Shown here: in pieces, positions 50,412 to 55,847 of the stretch | How the letters are laid out: each line of letters starts with the position of its first letter | Position numbering within the stretch: position 1 is the first letter of the stretch | Source: Bacilli bacterium | GTDB lineage: Bacteria > Bacillota_I > Bacilli_A > ML615J-28 > CAG-698 | Assembly (NCBI GenBank): GCA_028702495.1 | Contig: JAQVOS010000003.1 | Coordinates: forward strand, 1-55,847 | Length of the DNA: 55,847 bases | Direction of reading: 5' to 3' | Program-made: the position numbers and the translations under genes | The notes under the pieces: generated by a model | Database searches by the model: none | Told to the model about the DNA's origin: nothing | What the model saw: only the letters and a program-made list of their open reading frames with translations

Positions 50412-53003
50412 ATGAAAAAATTAAAAAGTATTTTATTCGTCTTTATCGCTTTAATGCCTTTTATCATGGTTGGAACCATTGTAAAAGGAGCACCGACTAC
50501 AGTAAATGTTAGTGTCACTAGTTACTTTGGTGAAGATAACGAAGTCACAAATAATGCCAATGGTAAAGCATATGGCACAAAATTTTCCTTTAATGCAAAT
50601 CTGCAAGCCAATGATCATTCATTTGCATTTTGGATTGTTAATGGAGTCGTTCGTAAAGATATTACTACCGTTGACCACCCATTCTTTGCCACTGAAAATT
50701 TAAATCTAAAAGCTATTTTTGCACCAACAGATAAATATGCTGTTGTTTTCATGGACTCTAACGGGAAACTTTTAAAAGTTGAGTACGTCAGTCCTAATGG
50801 AGATGCAACAGACATCACAGAAGGATTACCATCAAAACCAGGATATCAAGTTTCAACAACTGCTAAATGGAGTGGTTCACTCACTGGAATTACTGGTAAT
50901 ACGGTACTAGTATTACAATATGAAAAAATAAATGACGCTACTTATGCTGTCACTGTTAACAATGGTACAGGAAGTGACACATATGATTATAATGAACTTA
51001 TCACGGTGGTTGCGAATGCTCCCACTGAAGGACAATATTTTAGTCATTGGGAATCTAGTGGAAAAGTTGTGAGTCGTCAAGCTACTTATCAATTAACAGT
51101 TTTAAAAGCAATGACTTTAACAGCTGTTTATACTAGTGAACAACCAACAACTGTTGCTTCAATATTCTTAGAAAATAAGTTGGATTTGAAAGAAGGATAT
51201 TTTAGTTATCAAGGACACTTTGAATTACCAGAAGGATATGTAGTCGTTGAAGTGGGAGTTCTTTATTCAAGCACCCTAGACACTTTCGATGTTGACACAA
51301 CTTCAGTATCTAGAAAAGTCATTGGCAAATACAATGCTGAAAATGGAGAATTCTTAGTTAGTGTAGAAAAAAACAACACTGGACATCTTCGTTCTTATTT
51401 AATTTACTCAAATGTATCAACCGGACAAATAAGCACAGTCTATAGTGATATTGTTACTACGAACCCGAATGACTTATTCATTAGTGAATATGGAGAAGGT
51501 GGAAGTAATAATAAGTGGATTGAGATATATAATCCAACAAATGGAACCATTGATTTATCAAATTATTCATTAAAGCTTTATACAAATGGTTCAGGAACAG
51601 CCTCTAATCCTTTAAGTTTATCTGGTACACTTGCATCTAAATCGACTTATGTGGTTTACAACAGCGCAGCCGTTACCGACATCTCAAGTAAAGGTCAAAT
51701 TGCTGCTTCAGTAACGTATTTCAATGGTGACGATGCAGTGACATTAGAGAAAAATGGTGAAATTGTTGATATTATTGGGATGGTTGGAACCGACCCAGGC
51801 ACTGCCTGGACATGGGATGATGGATCAACATTGGATATGACTTTAGTGAGGAAATTTGGTATTTATTATCCAAATAGTACATGGACAACCTCTGAATGGG
51901 ATGCATATCCTCAAGACACATTTGCTTACATTGGAAGTCATCAAACGACAGAAATCATGCCGATCACTATTACAGTTTCTGGCGATACACGTGTTTTGGA
52001 AACTAAAACAATTCAGCTATCTTCATCTGTGTCGCCTTCTGGTGCAGTACCTACCGTTGATTGGTCATCAAGTAATGAATCAATCGCTACTGTAAGCTCA
52101 ACAGGTGAAGTGACTGGGGTTGCTGCAGGAACTGTCACAATTACTGCCACCTCAGTTAAAGATTCAAATGTATATGATGAACACATTATTATAGTCACTG
52201 AGCCCAATTATTTTGATATTAATGTAGGTTCAAATGATGATAGTTATGGAACCGTCTCAACAAATAATCCAAGCGTAATCGAAGGTGGTAGTGTTAACAT
52301 TACTCTTACACCTGCAACTGGGTATCGTTTAGTTTCACACACAATAAACAGTGAAACCACAACATATGAAAATCAAACATCTACATTAACAATAACAATA
52401 AATGATATTACATCTAACCAAACAGTGAGTGGTCTATTTGAAGAAATACCCACAGGAACCATGACGGAGCAATACGTTTTCAATTTTGGAACAGACAATA
52501 AAACAGGATATGCTCTCGGTACTGTTACTTTCGACAATAATGATGGCATATCATATACTCTTAATAAAAATAGAGCTCAAATTAATACCTTAAGTGGATA
52601 TACTCCAGCACTAATATTAGCGCCGATTAAAGGGTACTTAGTCGCATATGTGGAAATTGACCTGACAAGTGTTTCATATAATGTTGAAGAAATTAGTTTT
52701 AAATATACGGCATGGTCCTCAAGTGCAATTACAAATATAAAAGACACAACAAAAGCAACAAACCCGGTCTTCGTATTGCAATACTATAATACAAATACTA
52801 GCGTATGGGAAACATTGACTAGCAAAACATTAATATCAAATCTTGTTAATACCGTTACAACATCATATCAAGAAATCGTATATACTGTTTCAGGAAAAGG
52901 AAAATATAGACTTTTGGTACAAATGGATAGTGCTACTAGTGCAACCAATACAAATTATGCAATGGTTGTTGATGACTTCTCGATCCGTGCAATGTCGGAA
53001 TAA
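50412..53003 (+). CDS. Secreted multidomain protein, N-terminal part (divergent InlB B-repeats, lamin-tail domain, Big_2 Ig domain)
   Basis: Signal peptide; DLFISEYGEGGSNNKWIEIYNPT (LTD); VDWSSSNESIATVSSTGEVTGVAAGTVTITATS (Big_2). Confidence 0.8.
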   Translation: MKKLKSILFVFIALMPFIMVGTIVKGAPTTVNVSVTSYFGEDNEVTNNANGKAYGTKFSFNANLQANDHSFAFWIVNGVVRKDITTVDHPFFATENLNLKAIFAPTDKYAVVFMDSNGKLLKVEYVSPNGDATDITEGLPSKPGYQVSTTAKWSGSLTGITGNTVLVLQYEKINDATYAVTVNNGTGSDTYDYNELITVVANAPTEGQYFSHWESSGKVVSRQATYQLTVLKAMTLTAVYTSEQPTTVASIFLENKLDLKEGYFSYQGHFELPEGYVVVEVGVLYSSTLDTFDVDTTSVSRKVIGKYNAENGEFLVSVEKNNTGHLRSYLIYSNVSTGQISTVYSDIVTTNPNDLFISEYGEGGSNNKWIEIYNPTNGTIDLSNYSLKLYTNGSGTASNPLSLSGTLASKSTYVVYNSAAVTDISSKGQIAASVTYFNGDDAVTLEKNGEIVDIIGMVGTDPGTAWTWDDGSTLDMTLVRKFGIYYPNSTWTTSEWDAYPQDTFAYIGSHQTTEIMPITITVSGDTRVLETKTIQLSSSVSPSGAVPTVDWSSSNESIATVSSTGEVTGVAAGTVTITATSVKDSNVYDEHIIIVTEPNYFDINVGSNDDSYGTVSTNNPSVIEGGSVNITLTPATGYRLVSHTINSETTTYENQTSTLTITINDITSNQTVSGLFEEIPTGTMTEQYVFNFGTDNKTGYALGTVTFDNNDGISYTLNKNRAQINTLSGYTPALILAPIKGYLVAYVEIDLTSVSYNVEEISFKYTAWSSSAITNIKDTTKATNPVFVLQYYNTNTSVWETLTSKTLISNLVNTVTTSYQEIVYTVSGKGKYRLLVQMDSATSATNTNYAMVVDDFSIRAMSE

Positions 53004-54127
53004 CTGACCCTATAGATGAAACACAGCCCAATATAACATCTGAACCATCCTATGAAAGTGGGGTGGTTCAGTTATCTGTAGGGGATAATTGGACATTACC
53101 TTCTATTTTCGCAATCGATGATACAGATGGTAATATCTCCAATCGGGTTGAATCAAACTTATTAGCTATAGATGATTTCCATGTGAGTGGTAATGAATAT
53201 CATTTCACTACTTCTGGTTCTTATGTCATCTCATTCTCTGCAAGAGATAATGCAGACAATGTCGGAACTCTCACACTCACCATTGAGGTAGTAGCACCTA
53301 CTTATAATTGGTCCAGTATTTCATATTATTCCTCATTATCATCAAGTGATGATGTTTTAACTGATCTTGCGTTGTTACTACGAAGCACGGTCGATTATGT
53401 ATCTTATGGGGATGCAAGATACGTCTATACAACCTATGAGAACGGCAAACAAGTTATCTTATATGATGTTCCAACATCTCCTAGTTATGGAAAAGTAACA
53501 GCTGAAGGACTTGCTGGATGGGGAGATGGTGGCAATATTACTGGAGATGGGTTCTCTATTTCTATCAATCGTGAACATGTATGGGCTTGTAACGATATGA
53601 GAATTATGCCAAGTAATCAAGATCGCACTTTAACAACCGGATACGTTAATTATGTTTTAAATGATGGGTCATTTGACTATCGTCCTGATAATGAAAACCT
53701 AGGTCATTTTAGTGATCTACATAATCTATGGAATGCTTTAGCGAGTCCTAATAGTACCCACTCCGATCATTTCTATGGAGAAGAGAACGGCTCCTCTGTA
53801 GGACCCTATTTAACCAATGAAATCTTTTATCCAGGGGATGAATATATTGGCGATATCGCAAGAATCCTTTTCTATATGACGCTTATGTATCCTCATTTGA
53901 CTCTTGTTGAAGAGGGAGATACGAATGCCGTCGAAGGAACCATTTATTATGGCTATTTAGACATGTTATTACAATGGAATGAAGAAGATCCTGTGAGTTA
54001 TTATGAAATCACACGCAATCAAACGATTTATGAAACTCAAGGAAATCGTAATCCCTTTATTGATTATTATAGTCAAGATATCGCTGCTTTTGTTTTCGCA
54101 AATGGCGATCCAAACATTTCTGATTAA
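52976..54127 (+). CDS. Ig-like domain plus endonuclease I domain; probably the frameshifted C-terminus of the upstream gene
   Basis: Frame open from 52976; NREHVW, DLHNL, GDIARILFYM, LLQWNEEDPV, RNQ.IY..QGNRNPFID. Confidence 0.82.
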   Translation, partial: LLDPCNVGITDPIDETQPNITSEPSYESGVVQLSVGDNWTLPSIFAIDDTDGNISNRVESNLLAIDDFHVSGNEYHFTTSGSYVISFSARDNADNVGTLTLTIEVVAPTYNWSSISYYSSLSSSDDVLTDLALLLRSTVDYVSYGDARYVYTTYENGKQVILYDVPTSPSYGKVTAEGLAGWGDGGNITGDGFSISINREHVWACNDMRIMPSNQDRTLTTGYVNYVLNDGSFDYRPDNENLGHFSDLHNLWNALASPNSTHSDHFYGEENGSSVGPYLTNEIFYPGDEYIGDIARILFYMTLMYPHLTLVEEGDTNAVEGTIYYGYLDMLLQWNEEDPVSYYEITRNQTIYETQGNRNPFIDYYSQDIAAFVFANGDPNISD

Positions 54128-54136
54128 TGAATAGGT

Positions 54137-54180
54137 AACTCTTGTAGTGTGATTGATACGAGTCGCACTACAAGAGTTTT
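54137..54180 (+). terminator. Intrinsic terminator
   Basis: 17-bp stem aactcttgtagtgtgat / gtcgcactacaagagtt followed by T's. Confidence 0.75.
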
Positions 54181-54238
54181 ATTTTTGTTCTTGAAGAATT
54201 ATGAAAAGATAGTATAATAATAACTAATGGAGGTTAAC

Positions 54239-55306
54239 ATGAAAAAAAGTTTATTGATTCTTTTATGTATCCTTTTTTTAGTATCTTGCACCAAAAAGGT
54301 GGACCCAATTGAACCTCCGAGTAACATTTACTATCACGAAGAAAGCTTAACATGGAGTGCTATCTATGGAGCAACGGGATATCAGTGTCTCATTGGGCGC
54401 TTTGTTTATGAAGTGAGTAGTTCTGAATTCGATACGAGTAACCTCGATTCCGGAACCTACGAAGTGAAAATCATTACCCTTCAAGGGAAAGCATACTCTA
54501 AACCCTCAGAGGCGTATACTTTCACCATTATTCGGGATACCACTTTTCCTGTGAATATCCGCATTGAAGAAGATGTCCTATTGTGGGATGTAGTAGACCA
54601 AGCACTAGGGTATATTGTTGATATCAATGGTGAACAAATCATTGTGAATACGAACGATTATGCTTTATCCTCCCTTCCAATCAACACTTTTTATGGCATC
54701 TGTCTCTCCACATTATATCCTCATGATCAGCGCTCAAGCTTCAGTTTACCGCTGGCTTATCACACTTTTGTTGATGCAAGTGATGTTTGGGAAGTCACCT
54801 ATCTCAAAGGGCAAGAAGAGCATGTAATCATTGATTTAACCCCTCTAAATCACCCTGTAATCGCATTACACGATGAAGACGATAACTTATTAATCTCAAG
54901 TGATATTTTGATTGAAGAGGATACCCTCACAATGGCAAAGTATTACCTTGATGAGTATTCCTATGGAAAATATATCTTTTTCCTCTATACAAGTGATGAA
55001 AAAATTGTGATACACCTAACAGTCGGTGATACTCGCGAGCCGCATGTTGTTGGAACTGGATCCTATCAATATCAAAGTGGCTCTTCCATTGAAATGGTTT
55101 TTGAACTCTATGATGGTGTGATTTCCAGTATCAGTGGCGGAACCATTACCCCAGAGGATTACACCATTGAAGGAAATACCCTCATTTTATCATCTACTTA
55201 TCTTGATCGCGAATTTGGATCTTCAGGTCGTGAACTTTTAGTCCTAGGAGTGGTCCTAGAATCCAATGCCCATTTCGTCATTTCTTATCAGTTCATTAAT
55301 AGGTAA
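54239..55306 (+). CDS. Lipoprotein with Fn3-like repeats and X2-like Ig modules
   Basis: Lipobox LVSC; LTWSAIYGATGY / LLWDVVDQALGY; DYTIEGNTLILSSTYL. Confidence 0.65.
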   Translation: MKKSLLILLCILFLVSCTKKVDPIEPPSNIYYHEESLTWSAIYGATGYQCLIGRFVYEVSSSEFDTSNLDSGTYEVKIITLQGKAYSKPSEAYTFTIIRDTTFPVNIRIEEDVLLWDVVDQALGYIVDINGEQIIVNTNDYALSSLPINTFYGICLSTLYPHDQRSSFSLPLAYHTFVDASDVWEVTYLKGQEEHVIIDLTPLNHPVIALHDEDDNLLISSDILIEEDTLTMAKYYLDEYSYGKYIFFLYTSDEKIVIHLTVGDTREPHVVGTGSYQYQSGSSIEMVFELYDGVISSISGGTITPEDYTIEGNTLILSSTYLDREFGSSGRELLVLGVVLESNAHFVISYQFINR

Positions 55307-55344
55307 AAACACTTAGTATCATGAAATTATGCTAAGTGTTTTTT
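55305..55344 (+). terminator. Intrinsic terminator
   Basis: aaaaacacttagtat / atgctaagtgttttt. Confidence 0.7.
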
Positions 55345-55403
55345 AAAAAGGCTATGAAAATAAATCCATTTTTGTTATAATGAATGAAAGGAAGTGTTAT
55401 CAA

Positions 55404-55847
55404 ATGATTGACCTCATTCGCAATAATACCAAAGAAATGTTGGATGAACTCATTCAAATTCGTCGTCATTTACATATGAACCCTGAGTTATCACATAAGG
55501 AAGTCCAAACGGCTCAATACATTGAAAAATTCCTCAATACTATAGGTGGGTTTACCATTAAAAGAGTGGGTCAAACAGGACTCATTGCCACCATTCAAGG
55601 CGAAAAGCCAGGACCTTGTGTGGCGTTAAGAGCAGACATGGATGCCCTTCCCATCATAGAAGCAACCGGACACGCTTTCATGTCACGTAATAAAGGTGTG
55701 ATGCATGCTTGTGGACATGATGTTCACATGAGCATTCTATTAGGGGTTGCAAAAAACTTAGTCAAATTTAAGAAAGAAATCAAAGGAACCATCGTTCTTG
55801 TCTTCCAACCAGCTGAAGAATCAGGTGGCGGAGGGTGCGAGAGCATT
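55404..55847 (+). CDS. M20D amidohydrolase, 3'-truncated by the window edge
   Basis: RRHLHMNPELS, ALRADMDALP, MHACGHD, FQPAEE. Confidence 0.9.
   Translation, partial: MIDLIRNNTKEMLDELIQIRRHLHMNPELSHKEVQTAQYIEKFLNTIGGFTIKRVGQTGLIATIQGEKPGPCVALRADMDALPIIEATGHAFMSRNKGVMHACGHDVHMSILLGVAKNLVKFKKEIKGTIVLVFQPAEESGGGGCESI

Noticed and set aside
2468-52207. Numerous 60-140 aa alternative-frame or antisense ORFs nested in longer genes
   Set aside because: Shadow ORFs inside well-supported genes, with no recognisable motifs or RBS.
37216-55847. Intact integrative element or prophage at tRNA-Gln
   Set aside because: No integrase, transposase, phage structural genes or repeat of the tRNA 3' end was seen.
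1-55847. CRISPR array, rRNA genes, IS elements
   Set aside because: No regularly spaced direct repeats, rRNA-like sequence or transposase motifs were found.

Overview
Low-GC Bacilli-type chromosomal window, using the standard genetic code; the gene content suggests a Mollicutes-related Acholeplasmatales/Izemoplasmatales-like organism (inference). 1-37.3 kb is mostly housekeeping: accA-fabD-fabG-fabF, a full glycogen cluster (malQ, glgBCDA, glgP, GH13), an LTA-synthase-family operon, tilS-hpt-ftsH (ftsH has a -1 frameshift), GH4 plus a BadF-family kinase, a fluoride riboswitch controlling a cation:proton antiporter, maf, M42 peptidase, hslO, lysS, and tRNA-Tyr/tRNA-Gln. 37.3-55.3 kb is accessory. 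An ArsR module comes first, then the most interesting element: an RRE-dependent peptide-modification cassette (two HprK-like kinases, two S24/S26 peptidases, a nucleotidyltransferase, PqqD, a radical SAM/SPASM enzyme and a lipoprotein). The cassette is flanked on each side by an operon of the same design: promoter, a 39- or 42-aa peptide missing from the ORF track (KKxYxxP leader, T-x-S-G-E motif), then a giant secreted hydrolase gene. One hydrolase is GH18 plus amidase and is split by an in-frame TGA; the other is an LTD/Ig endonuclease I split by a -1 frameshift. Family assignments come from motif recognition only; no searches were run.
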